A stretch of 63,994 nucleotides of DNA, the filler included, from Asterionella formosa (taxonomy: Eukaryota): the NCBI GenBank assembly GCA_002256025.1. It is 16 parts of 16 records of this genome, joined end to end, with 100 filler letters (N's around TTAATTAATTAA, not from the genome) between each part and the next. Parts side by side here need not be neighbours in the genome. Positions count along the whole stretch, not along the records: positions 20,104 to 24,016 come from NKIB01013832.1; positions 24,117 to 28,028 come from NKIB01013833.1; positions 28,129 to 32,039 come from NKIB01013834.1; positions 32,140 to 36,050 come from NKIB01013835.1; positions 36,151 to 40,059 come from NKIB01013836.1; 11 more parts are not named here. One strand, given 5' to 3'. Shown piece after piece: positions 23,630 to 37,959 of the stretch (its first letter is position 1; every line of letters begins with the position of its first letter). Below the pieces are notes generated by a model. It saw only the letters and a list, made by a program, of their open reading frames with translations, was not told the DNA's origin and did no database searches. A program made the translations under genes and the position numbers.

Positions 23630-24016
23630 ATGACAGTCCTTCGATCACCGGCAGAGCCTCTTGAGCGTGTTATCTTTATAGAACTGCCAGGGTTTTGCGT
23701 GGTTGTCCCACCTCGCGTCGGATTTACGTTCCTCCGCCCACCAAACCCAAGCGGTGTTGCTGGTGTTCAAGACTATTTCTTTGACGTTCTTCATTGCCGA
23801 GGACAAAAGTTTGAATTGAAGAAGTTGAAGCTTTCCCTTCAAAAAATGGCAGCTTTGTTTCAGAACCATTCATTCATCCATGAATTAGATGGTCAAAACC
23901 CGCTAGTTGAAGTGACACTGCAGGCTATCAGAGGTATCACCTTGCGTACTCGTGAAGATGGTACGAATATAATAGGCCTTTGTCGCGGCGAAGAAATAAA
24001 CGGGCGAGTACCAAGG
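23630..24016 (+). CDS. Hypothetical protein, 5' part (truncated by contig end)
   Basis: ATG-initiated 129 codons open to the linker. No motif recognised. Confidence 0.45.
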
Positions 24017-24305
24017 NNNNNNNNNNNNNNNNNNNNNNNNNNNNNNNNNNNNNNNNNNNNTTAATTAATTAANNNNNNNNNNNNNNNNNNNNNNNNNNNN
24101 NNNNNNNNNNNNNNNNTTCTCATTATCTCAACTTGCTTGTTGGTATGGATCCTCCTCCATCAAGAATGAGGATCTGATTACGAAATTCGGGTGGCTCGTC
24201 TCAGTTTATCCAATGCCGCGTGGAAGTGACAGCATTTACATACACTTCCATCATTATATTCGATCGCTCCGCGGCGCCTGAACATTACAAAAAAGCTGGG
24301 CTACC

Positions 24306-27201
<2,896 letters not shown>

Positions 27202-27248
27202 TCACTTATTGTACGCTATTAATAAAAATGGGAGCTTCGCGATCTTCT

Positions 27249-28016
27249 TTATTCGAAAACGGTGTTAAAATATCTATCTCCATAATCTCCTAGCCCCGGA
27301 GTGATGAATTTTTCTTCATTCAGTTTCTTGTCAACGTAGACTGTCACAATCTTGACCTTAGGGTATGACTTCCAGACTCTTTCTAGTCCCTCAGGAGCAC
27401 AAATCATGTTCGCAAAAACGATATTCTGAGGCTTGATATTGTACTGTACAACAAGTACATCCAAAGCACAGAGAACCGATCCACCCGTTGCTAACATTGG
27501 GTCGCAGAGCAAGACATACATGCCTTCTAGGGAAGGGGGCATTTTACTGTAAAATAGCTTAGCTGGTTTGTCTGGATTACTTTCGTCTCGTTGAATCAAA
27601 ATCTTACCGACCGCACACTCAGGAATGCAATCTCTAACAGCTTCTAGCAGAGCGTCTCCAGAACGAACGATCGAAACAGCACAAATGTTCCTTGGGTTCA
27701 TCATTTGCGTGCCTGCGAAAGGACCGCAGGGAGTTCTGATTTGAACAGGACGTGACGGAAACTCGGCAATAGCATCTTCGGCCAATAGCCTCATAGCGCG
27801 CTTGGAATACTTCACAAAGTCAGCGGACGATGTATTGACATCTCTCATTTTGGTAAAGAGGCCAGCGTAGGCCTTCGACTGGGATATAATGGGACTATTG
27901 GCTCCAGTATTCTCTGATGCCTGTTTCAGTTTTTCCGTGGAAGTGTCCGTACTAGCAGTGGTTTCGTCGCCATTTTCAGGCGCAGGAGCCGCTTCAAACA
28001 CAATGCTGTTGCCCAT
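27249..28016 (-). CDS. UPRT: Uracil phosphoribosyltransferase
   Basis: AVSIVRSG, GKILIQRDE, PRPP-binding LLCDPMLATGGS and PGLGDYGDRYF. The start lies 12 nt from the contig end, so it may extend further. Confidence 0.95.
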   Translation of the reverse strand: MGNSIVFEAAPAPENGDETTASTDTSTEKLKQASENTGANSPIISQSKAYAGLFTKMRDVNTSSADFVKYSKRAMRLLAEDAIAEFPSRPVQIRTPCGPFAGTQMMNPRNICAVSIVRSGDALLEAVRDCIPECAVGKILIQRDESNPDKPAKLFYSKMPPSLEGMYVLLCDPMLATGGSVLCALDVLVVQYNIKPQNIVFANMICAPEGLERVWKSYPKVKIVTVYVDKKLNEEKFITPGLGDYGDRYFNTVFE

Positions 28017-28128
28017 GCTCCCGATAATNNNNNNNNNNNNNNNNNNNNNNNNNNNNNNNNNNNNNNNNNNNNTTAATTAATTAANNNNNNNNNNNNNNNN
28101 NNNNNNNNNNNNNNNNNNNNNNNNNNNN

Positions 28129-29500
28129 TCTTCACAAAGATACATAACTTTCAGGGTACTGCTTAATATAAATTTTCCACGGATACTCAGGAAAATGTAG
28201 GCCTCTGTGCTGCCATGTATGCCATGTAGAAGACACTTTCTTTGCTTACTTAAATCGTGCTTGTACGATCTAACTGGACCCAGTTAATATTGATCATGAG
28301 TCTTGATTCCTGTTCGGAAAAGGAGGAAAGCCCAGTAGTGTTCGGATGAACGATCGCAGGTTGGTGTCCAGATGGGTAAACTGTTACAGAGAAGTAGCCC
28401 AAACAGTAAAATCGGATTTACTGTATTCCCTAAGGTGGGTTTCGATCAAACCAACTGAGATATATAATAAGCTCAAAGATAAAATCAATATTCACACATT
28501 CAATGAAAATAGTAAACTTACTCAAAACCGCACGAATGAAATGATTCAATGTCAATTGAAAGTAACGCATACAATTGATGCACATACCTCCAAATGTACT
28601 GTCAAAGTATACCTTCCGTAACTTACTACTTCATGAAGATAGAAAATCATTTCCTCTATGAGAAACTTCTTCAACACCATTACATAGTTTGCAATCCGCA
28701 AATTCGGTATCTTCCTTAATGGCAAGAGCAATTTCAGGATAGCGTTTCTTCAAAAATGTGAGGCACAACCTTGCAAACCAATTACTGCATGGACTTGATA
28801 TTCCAATATTACTTGGTACACATGATTGATTAGCATGTTGTAAGACTGGAAAGTCATGAAAGTCATCATGGTTAATAACTTCATCCAAACAAGGGTATTC
28901 AAGAGAAACTAATGTGTACAGGAATCTTACCTGAGTATTACAAAATTTTCTAGTATGAAATAATTCACCACCTACTTCGGTTACATGAGAGGATGTTATA
29001 GATGCAACGATGTCCTTTCGTTTAGTATAGACATCGTTGGCAAGGCTGGATTCAAGGTATCCACTAATAGAAGAGGTAGTATTCAGCGCAATTTTGCGTT
29101 CCAAGAGGGCAATCTTTTTTATGAAGTTGTTGAACATAAAATAACAACGAAAAATGATGCTTCTGGTCAATCAATGTCTCAAGACTTAGAAAGAATTGTG
29201 AGATATACTTTCGATCGTCATTTGTGGCAAGCTGTAACTCTATAATATTGGTCTTCGGAATCGGTGACTGGTGCATCCTCATTTCTCCCTTGAATGGGTG
29301 GACAGAAAGGCGGCATCTTCTTGTTACCATGAGTCGACAGTTATGAAATAACATCTTCGTCAGAATCTGGATCTTGATGATGAGGTCGTTCCTTTTCTGC
29401 GGATGATGTATCATTACCACATTGTTCATAAGCATGACTTTCATAGTCAGACAGTTTTGTTAACGGTGTAGCTAACCAAACGTATTTTGTCTTTGACATG
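28129..29500 (-). pseudogene. Degenerate spliced gene of a repeated family (copy B)
   Basis: ORF 29170-28631 continues past a TGA (SSKLRKVYFDSTFGGMCINC...). Intron 28521-28455, then IGLIETHLREYSKSDF. Two CxxC pairs. Homologous to 8500-9200. Confidence 0.65.
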
Positions 29501-30434
29501 ACTGGGAAGTTTTTTTCAGAGAATTGTCATCATGATTAATGTTTCGTCACTAGGTTGATAGTTACTTTTCTCTTAGTTGTCTGTTGTAAACAATGGAAGC
29601 CAGAAGTCAGCACTTATATCATTGAACTATTCTTTTATACACACACATGTTCAACAAAGATTTGTTTACTCACATATGTTTGTGAAACAAATCACTGATT
29701 ACAAATTCAGAATGACTCTTTATTAGAAAAGTCAAGTCTCATTGCTCCTGAAAGCGATAAGAATTGATGAGCAAGTGAAGTATGTTTGAATGATTCGACC
29801 TTATATAACTGCACATTGACAGCAACATTTCAATTTTGACTGTCCTTGTCCGCAGGTTGATTGTTCTTGTTGTTTTATTTATCTGTAGCAGACACTGATT
29901 GTGATGACAAGTCAAACTTCGATAGTGGGCATAATATCAAGCAGTTAAACAACAATATTACTACTCAAATTTGTTCTTTGCAGCAACAACAGATGGATTC
30001 AATTTCGCAATCATTTCTATAACACGAACATCATCGTCAATATCCACGTTCTTCTTTAAACAAACGCAAAAAAGAATTCAGTCTCATCAGCGGCGACCCC
30101 AAAGTAGGCTACTTTGCATCACATCATGATCAATGGAGAACAGCGCACATTATTAGAATACACAAACGAGTGTTAGTGCTTCTGGAGCGATGAGTACAGC
30201 AAACAAGCAAGAACAAACAACATCTGTTGACATCAAAATGAGGTGATGATGCTGTACGTGTTTTTAAGTTATTGATCAAACACTTTAAAAAGTGTGCGAT
30301 CTAAGATAAGATTTAAAAATTTGTCTCATCAAATAAAATATTTTGAGTGATCATACTTAGAAAGTGATTGATAAAACACTTCAAAAAGTATCCAAAACAA
30401 TTTGTCCAATCAAAAAATTTCTAATGTGTTAAGC

Positions 30435-30764
30435 TCAATATTTAGCTCGAACCATTATTTTATACATTTGATCAACAAAAAAATGAGCTCCGTCTGAGCT
30501 TAAACAACAATGATCTCCAATAAAGTAGAAGAATTTATCCAGTGGTAACCCAGCTTGTAAGTAATTATTGTATACATGCATATAATACTCAGAGTACACA
30601 ATGTAAATCCTGGTGTGACAGCTCAACTGCGCTTGTGTCAATACATGTACTGGTATTCCCAGTCCACCATTGTTATCCTTGTTCTCAGCTTCTAGCTCCC
30701 TAACCACATTGTTAAGACAAATCTGAACGCTGACCAGCTCTTCAGGAGACAACTTCAAGGTCAT
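30435..30764 (-). CDS. Small hypothetical protein, 109 aa
   Basis: ATG-to-stop ORF with globular-protein composition in AT-rich surroundings. No motif. Confidence 0.4.
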   Translation of the reverse strand: MTLKLSPEELVSVQICLNNVVRELEAENKDNNGGLGIPVHVLTQAQLSCHTRIYIVYSEYYMHVYNNYLQAGLPLDKFFYFIGDHCCLSSDGAHFFVDQMYKIMVRAKY

Positions 30765-31090
30765 GATGATCAGTTTTTTGATGAGTGATATGTGATTGTT
30801 GTGTTGGCATTTATATTTTGAACTAATAATTTGGGTGTGCCAGGAATTCCTAGTTGACTTTTTCCATCAGTGAATTTATCTTATTATTATGGCGCCCAAG
30901 CGAAAGTGCAATGACATGATGTACGTATTTCCTTGCTATAAAAATCTGACCAACTTGTTTGTGACAATAAATAACATAGTTTGCAAACTAAGTTCAAACC
31001 ATGTGTTTACTCTGTTTAGTGGTGGCTTACAGTTCAAAAGTCCATATAGCAGTGGCTTACAGGTTAAAGTGGTACCTGGTACTGGTAACA

Positions 31091-32039
31091 TCATATATTG
31101 ACACTTGATGTGGGACAATTATGCCTCTCTATCAAGGTCAAAACACGCAAGAGTGATTCAATCAAGCTCTTTCGATGACTAGGACTCAAATGAAGAGGCT
31201 CATTAGCTTGAAGCCCCTTGATCAGGTTCCGTAAATCGCTAGTTATTTCGATCAGAGAAGATTGCTCTACTTTATCCTCAGGGTGCAAATTCAGATTCGA
31301 CATGGAGGGCTGCTTCACAGCCACCCCCGCAAAGACACGCTTAATTGTCTCACTTCCGATTTGATCAGAAGCCTTTCTCTTGACTGTGGTAGTTGGAATG
31401 TTGTCAGGTTGTAAGATCAATGGAGGAAACATCAGATCTTGCTCTACTACGAAACTTTGAGATTCACTGAACCATTGTCGCAAGCTAGCAGATTTCGGAT
31501 CTGAATTTGGTGGAAGTGACAACTCGCTAGTGGATGAAAAAGCAGTGCCTTGACCATGACCACGAAGCAAAATTGGAGTAGCCAACTCGATTGGTTCAAG
31601 CTCCTGAGCAGCGTTGTCAACGTTTGGTGTACACTCATGTACTTCACTTAAATGCGACATTTTATCGGAAGCATTCATTCTTGGGTTGTCTTTCAGCATG
31701 GGAACAAGTCGATCGTGACTGTTCGCCTTGTCGCCATCTAACTCAACAGGCACGTATTCACCTTGCCATGGACTCCGGTAAAAGCCATTTGAGGCAACAC
31801 TCTCGTCAAGTTGCGTCACATGGAGAAATCCAATTTCACCCACCGAAGTATCCATGCCCGTTGTCATATCCTCGTGTGATAAACTGGAAAACCTTCCAGG
31901 CCTACAACCATAACCCACACATTCATTGCATATTAGAGGGGTTGATGACATTGGTCCCACAACCTTTGAGCGAGGATGCATGCAGATTCCTCCTGGATAA
32001 TTTCCAATGACGCTTCTCGGTGAGTCGCTATGATCTCCA
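31091..32039 (-). CDS. Hypothetical protein, 3' part (5' truncated)
   Basis: The frame stays open from the contig end through 31091. S/P-rich, basic VKRK, amphipathic C-terminal helices. Confidence 0.65.
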
Positions 32040-32283
32040 NNNNNNNNNNNNNNNNNNNNNNNNNNNNNNNNNNNNNNNNNNNNTTAATTAATTAANNNNN
32101 NNNNNNNNNNNNNNNNNNNNNNNNNNNNNNNNNNNNNNNTGTAATAGTAGATCCTGTCCAATGATGGATGGAATCCATGCACCGGTATACTTTAGCTACT
32201 AGGTAATGGTAAATGAAAAAGTGAGTACCTGGTACCAGGTACCAGAAGGCAGATATATTGGTACTGGAGTCTACCCTACATAA

Positions 32284-33920
32284 GAGCATCGCCACCGCAT
32301 CGACCAAATACCAAAGCCAATTACAGTTGAAAATATCAATACACGTCACTTGGCTGAGAATTTTTTATCATACGTCGAATTTTTCATATTTTTTCCCACC
32401 GCATCGACCAAATCCTAGAATAGTCAAATCTCGCGCCGAAACTTTTAGCGAATAGAAATATCACAAGAATGTTATTACATGTGTATCGTTATATTAATAA
32501 ACCCGATTACTACCAATAAGAAAATGATGGACGCACTGCGTGGTTTGTGGTACCAGGTAGCATACCCTACTCACCATCCATATCTGCCTGATGAAATGAG
32601 CAATGATAGCGACTCATCAGATGACAACCGCTCCTACACTTCCGTACATACCAGTTAAACATGCCTACCGGTATACAGGAAGAAAACGAGAAAAGGCAAC
32701 CGAAGGAGGAGGCGGAGGATCAAAGGAAGTCGCTTAGCTACCAGTAGTCTGTACATGTAGTTTTTTGAATAATTGTAGCACCGCATTTCCTGTAAATTCC
32801 TCATTCTTACGCAGCTAGTACTACGCCTATCTAAACTGCCCATCAAAAACTAATATGACTATGCATTTGTATATTGGTATTCTAGAATAGAAAAATCTTC
32901 CATTTTTCCAATTAGCTAGAGTGATAGCCTAGCTTTCTAATCAATCATACTAGCATTGACATGTAATCTATATTATTTTTCCTTCATTTGGAATCATCTA
33001 CTACATCAAAATCATCAGTTGTGGATGACAGGTGGGACAGTGGAGTACTGGAAGCACTTGAATTATTGAGATGCAATCGGATCACACCTAATCCCTCCTT
33101 CATTTTGCCTTTACTGGCGTGAAACCCTTCGTTAAATGGCACAACTCTCTTGGATACATTTTTTAAATTCTTCGGCTGATTAATCAACCATCGACACAGT
33201 AAACTGATACACAATATACCCATGGCATGCAAGGGAAAAAGATATCGATACTAGCCAGGGACATGCAGCAGTCTGCCAACAATGACACATCACGGTACAC
33301 GAGGAACAATGCTGCCTTGACGAAACTCGCACATCGCTATCGATTGTTGCTCTTGACAGCGCCAAAATAATCCAACTTTGGTTTTGTCTGAAACCGATGA
33401 TGAATCATCCTCGTTGGCTGCTGCTCATGCTCCTTCTGCGGCTCCTGCTCCTGCTGCTCCTTCTCATGTAGCATCCTGCTTTGACAACAATGGATGACAA
33501 TATCTTATTGGGATCGTCAAAGACTCAAAGGACAACATTTTATAGATAGCTGCCGGTATTATTCAAAGGTTATTGTACTTAAGTTTATTATTTGTCTACA
33601 TCAAGAGAGCAAGGTAAATGTGTATTGTAAGCGTTTGTGGATCAATTAAACAGTTCACGTTATGTTGCCGGCGCGAGCCACAATCTAAACCAATAGAAAT
33701 GCTCCTTTTATTTGGCTACGGTCGGAGTCTAATCGACCAAATACCTGATATTTGGTCGATAACAAGGGGGTCATCCTCGATCAAGACCAAAGCATATTTG
33801 GTCTTGGTCGATGCGGTGGCTAAAATATTTTTGCTTTTTCGACCAACACAACGCATCATGACGTGTAATGACCCGCAACTTCAATTGGCTTGGTATTTGG
33901 TTGATGCGGTGGCGATGCTC
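32284..33920. mobile_element. Non-autonomous PIF/Harbinger-type DNA transposon, 1637 bp
   Basis: ~65-bp TIRs starting GAGCATCGCCACCGCATC(G/A)ACCAAATACC. TAA on both flanks (32281-32283, 33921-33923). Subterminal ATCGACCAAAT copies near 32403, 33732, 33750 and ~33805. No intact ORF. Confidence 0.85.
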
Positions 33921-34713
33921 TAAGCATTTACCAGCAAGGCGACCACATATGATTTACTATGTACCCCCACCAACGACTTATCCTCAATGATCAAAACGAC
34001 CACACCAACAATCTCCCTTCTGTAGTGATGAACAACAGGAAACGCCAAAAGCAGTGTTCTAGAAAGGTTAAAAAAATATGCATGAAAACACTAAAGATAT
34101 GTTTGATTCAGCATTTCCCATTTTATTTGTTGAATGAGTATCGAGTCCTAAAACCTTTCTGAACCCATTGTCTACTTCAGGGTGCAGCTCACAACACATG
34201 ACAATGTGAACTTAACTTTTGAAAAAATGTATAAGCAGAGCCTGAATGAGGTCTATTCTTCAAAGATTAGGATATCAACAGAGATATTTAATGGAAAGCT
34301 AAGATACATGAAGCATGCAAAATTTCGTAAATCTGAGCGATAATTTAGCGATGATGGATCAATTGGGTTTCAGGAGATGAGGAAGTCGTGATCCACATCA
34401 TGATAGTCATGAAAAATAGCAAAGACTGGAAAAAGCGGATCCTAGATATGATGACCACAATGATGCAAAAATTTGAAATCCACTTCTCCACATAATTCTG
34501 ACAAAAATATGATCCACTTTGGAAGAAGTTTTCTGATGAGAATCAAATGAATAGCGGAAGGCGAGCCGAGCCCTCTGTTTTTGATTGAATCATGTACATC
34601 ATATACAGCCCAACCCCTTGACGAAGTCAAATGGTCGTTTATCCATCACAATTAGCAGGTCTGTTGAAACACAACGAACAGCGACAATGGCTGCATTTTC
34701 TCGTTCGAATTAA

Positions 34714-35671
34714 TTAAGCATCGAAGCTGGAAACTTTTTCAGAAAACTTGGTATGCATTTGCTTGAATTTGTGGTCCCATGGATTCCACACAAATCCGAG
34801 ACTCTCCAGCTGCTGCTTTCGCTTATGCGATAACACAGCTGGCCTGCCTGAATCTCGAAATTTGCCATTCTTTCGTTGACTACTGACCCAGTTTGCAAGT
34901 TGAGGATTAGCTTCATATGAAATCGGAACTATGCAGTGACCATGTTTAGCTGAAACGTGAAAGGTCGTGAATCGCTGATGTGAGCTATTAAAATGTTGAC
35001 ATAAATCAGGGTTGGGTGTCCATATTGAGCTACTTACATTTGTAAGCTTGGAGCTCTAGAATCCTAGAGTCCCAAATTTGCTCTCGTTTCGACTTCCATG
35101 GAAAGTTAACTGCGTTCATCGCCTCGATCATATCCTGTGAAAGGATAGACTTGATACCTTGAGAATGCAATTTGTATAGCTTCCTTTGGCGATTCATCCA
35201 GAAGCCGGTCCGTGAGTCTGACTTGATTGAATCAAAACCACTCTGGCTCGCCTGCACCCTCAGCTCTTCAAAACGTTCCCACCACAGATCTTTGGTACAT
35301 TTTTTAATATTTGATGCATCCCAAATGAAACCCAATTCATCTAAAGCACGAATTTGATCCTCGTTTATCTTTCCTCGTTTCCGTCTTTGGCGCTGTTTGT
35401 TGACCCAGTTCCCCAAGGGTTGGTTCTCCGGATAAATCTTCGGCACAAGGGTATCACCAGCGCGCATTTTGTAATCCTTGAGCTGTTGTAAGCGAGTTGT
35501 CCAAGAAGCCAAGGCCGTGATGGAAGCATGGGGAGATGCCAAATTCAGTAAAAACGAAAACTTCTTTGTTTCTTGATATCTTGATGAAATATTTGGGTTG
35601 CCTCTAAACGAGAATACTACGCCAGCCTCCACCGATATTATAGCACAACTCAGAACTCTCATTAACCTCAT
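34714..35671 (-). CDS. Helicase-associated (HA) domain repeat protein, 2 exons (35671-35038, 34949-34714), 289 aa
   Basis: Three HA-type repeats (W..RL.QL..YK...G...VP..Y.EN..LGNWV..QR...L..LGF.W). The GT35037..AG34950 intron restores YKSKHGHCIVP. Hydrophobic N-terminus. Confidence 0.88.
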
Positions 35672-36150
35672 TGTTAGTAGCTGCTGCTACCCTAAAAGGG
35701 GCGTTGACACTGCTTCGCTAGAGTGGCCGATCTTGTTGCCTGAGAAATCAAAGAAGGGTGCAAAAGCTCAACTCGTTCCATGCAGTTATGATTAAATTTT
35801 AGTAGCATGCGACGCCCGATATGGATAAGTGAGATCGCGAAGCAATTGTTCCTGATTCCCGATAAAACTCAATAGAAGGATTGGAGAGCCGGTCCTTGTT
35901 GTCATGTCATCGAGAATACCCGTATTTGTTGGTGTGATGTTTAGGTTAAAGCAAAACGAGGACATAAGTGCAGACGTCGGTGCCCCGGAGTCAAGTTGAT
36001 AATTACAGTACTCCTACATTTAGATCAAAGTCCAGCAATTTTTTAATGATNNNNNNNNNNNNNNNNNNNNNNNNNNNNNNNNNNNNNNNNNNNNTTAATT
36101 AATTAANNNNNNNNNNNNNNNNNNNNNNNNNNNNNNNNNNNNNNNNNNNN

Positions 36151-36790
36151 ATCTTTATGTTCTTTGGTGAACAGCTCAGCAACATTGGTATCCCCTGGGA
36201 GATGCATGACAAAGATTTCGGAACACTGGTGAGCATTGTGTACAACCAACTGAGAGGCATAATTAAATGAAAGGTATTCTGAGCCGACTAAAGAGTCGTA
36301 TTTCTCCTGATAAGAGGCCAGCCAGATGAGACGATCAGGGGAAGTGGGAAGGAGGGCACGGTCAAGGGAAGAGGGACATTTATGAAGGAGGGAGGAGGCA
36401 GACACATGTTAACCATTTCCAAGGAGCACAACAGGGGTTCCAGAGGGGGGAACAGCTGGAATCATCACCAGGAAAGTGAGCAAAGTCAGGACTAAGGGCC
36501 TCATCAGGGGAGATGGGGTTGCCAAGCAAATGCGGCGGAAAGAGAGGCCCCATCAAGGAAGTCAATGAGATAAAAGTCATGGAGGGAGGTTGGTTCAGAA
36601 TTGACAATACCTCAGATACATCTCCAGCAGAGTTAAGGCGCCGGAAAAAGGCAACAATAGCTAGTAGGAAAGGGGTCTGCAATAGCAAGAGTGGAATCAA
36701 GAGTGTAGAAGCGGGACAAGGTTGGTTTCCATAACAGGATGCCATTGTTGATGTCACCAGCCACAACCAAGTGCAATGCCCATCTGCAAA
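36151..36790 (-). mobile_element. Decayed Ty1/Copia RNase H region
   Basis: IFVMHLPGDTNVAELFTKEHKD resembles the Copia RNase H end (H-x-x-G-x-x-N-x-A-D-x-F-T-K). Upstream sequence is heavily degraded. Confidence 0.6.
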
Positions 36791-37959
36791 TAAAAAGGAT
36801 CATGCATATAGGATCAAGGGTATCGTACGCTAAGTGGCACAGGATTTTCATATAAACAATGATAATCTTTGGATCAAGACTTTGATCAAGGTATCCTATA
36901 ACTATGATAATTTTACCGAACTTGAAGTATAATGATATTAAGAACATTATCATCACACAATCATGTATATCAACTGATCAACAACATTTCTTATCAAAAT
37001 CATAAACCTTCTCATTTTATTTTCACTTCTCGTGATTGCCAAATGTAAATTATTACCACAACGCATCCTAAAAACAGCTAAACTCTATGCTAACATGTGA
37101 ATTGTTTCATAGTATATCTATCTTAAACATGATCATAATACTAATCACAAGGATTGTTCTTCAAAAAGGATTGGAATGGATCGTAATTTAATTAACAAAT
37201 TTAACAATGATACTTCTGTTTCGACAGCTACCTCAGGAATGTTTCTCTCCTCTCCACTTGTCTCAATGTATAATCCTGTCTCGCCCCTTTCTTCCTCTAT
37301 TCTGAATCTTGTGCCAAGCAGTGCCTTACTAATGGTAGCTAGTATTGTTTAGATGATCATATTTGCATGTACGTAATTCGAAAATATTCAATGCACGATA
37401 TGTCCATTGTTTTCCACGACTTCTTGCAATCACGTTCTGTTGGTTCGCTGATCAATGCCAGTACAGAAGCATTTTGCTTCTTGATGCTGAAAGGAAAATT
37501 CCGATTGCAAAAAAAAATTTATGTTTCAATCCAGATACGCAGGAAATTTCAGAGAACGTTCAATTTCAAATGGTCTCACTGATCAATGGACCGATGATTT
37601 ACTCGTTTATTATAAGGAAATCTACACTGGACTTTCACAAACAAATCGATCTGAATATGGAAGGAATCCTAGTAGTGGAATTGCTACTCCCACCACAAGA
37701 AATATCATCTACTCACACTCATACTTCTCATTTCCCAACGTAAGTGAAGAGGATATGCATCAATATGTTGAACCACTTCAACCATATGTTCCTGAGAAGA
37801 ATTTTGATTACAATGACCGCATTAATCAACGGTACATTGATGACGATATTGATTTTGAATGGATCTAATAGAATCCAATGCATACTTAGTTACACAAAAA
37901 TATATAGTTAGTGAGACTTCTACAATGCAAACCATATACAAGGAAAGTTTTCAATGACG

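Noticed and set aside
27999..28016. N-myristoylation of UPRT (MGNS)
   Set aside because: No Ser/Thr at position 6, and the start is too close to the contig end to be certain.
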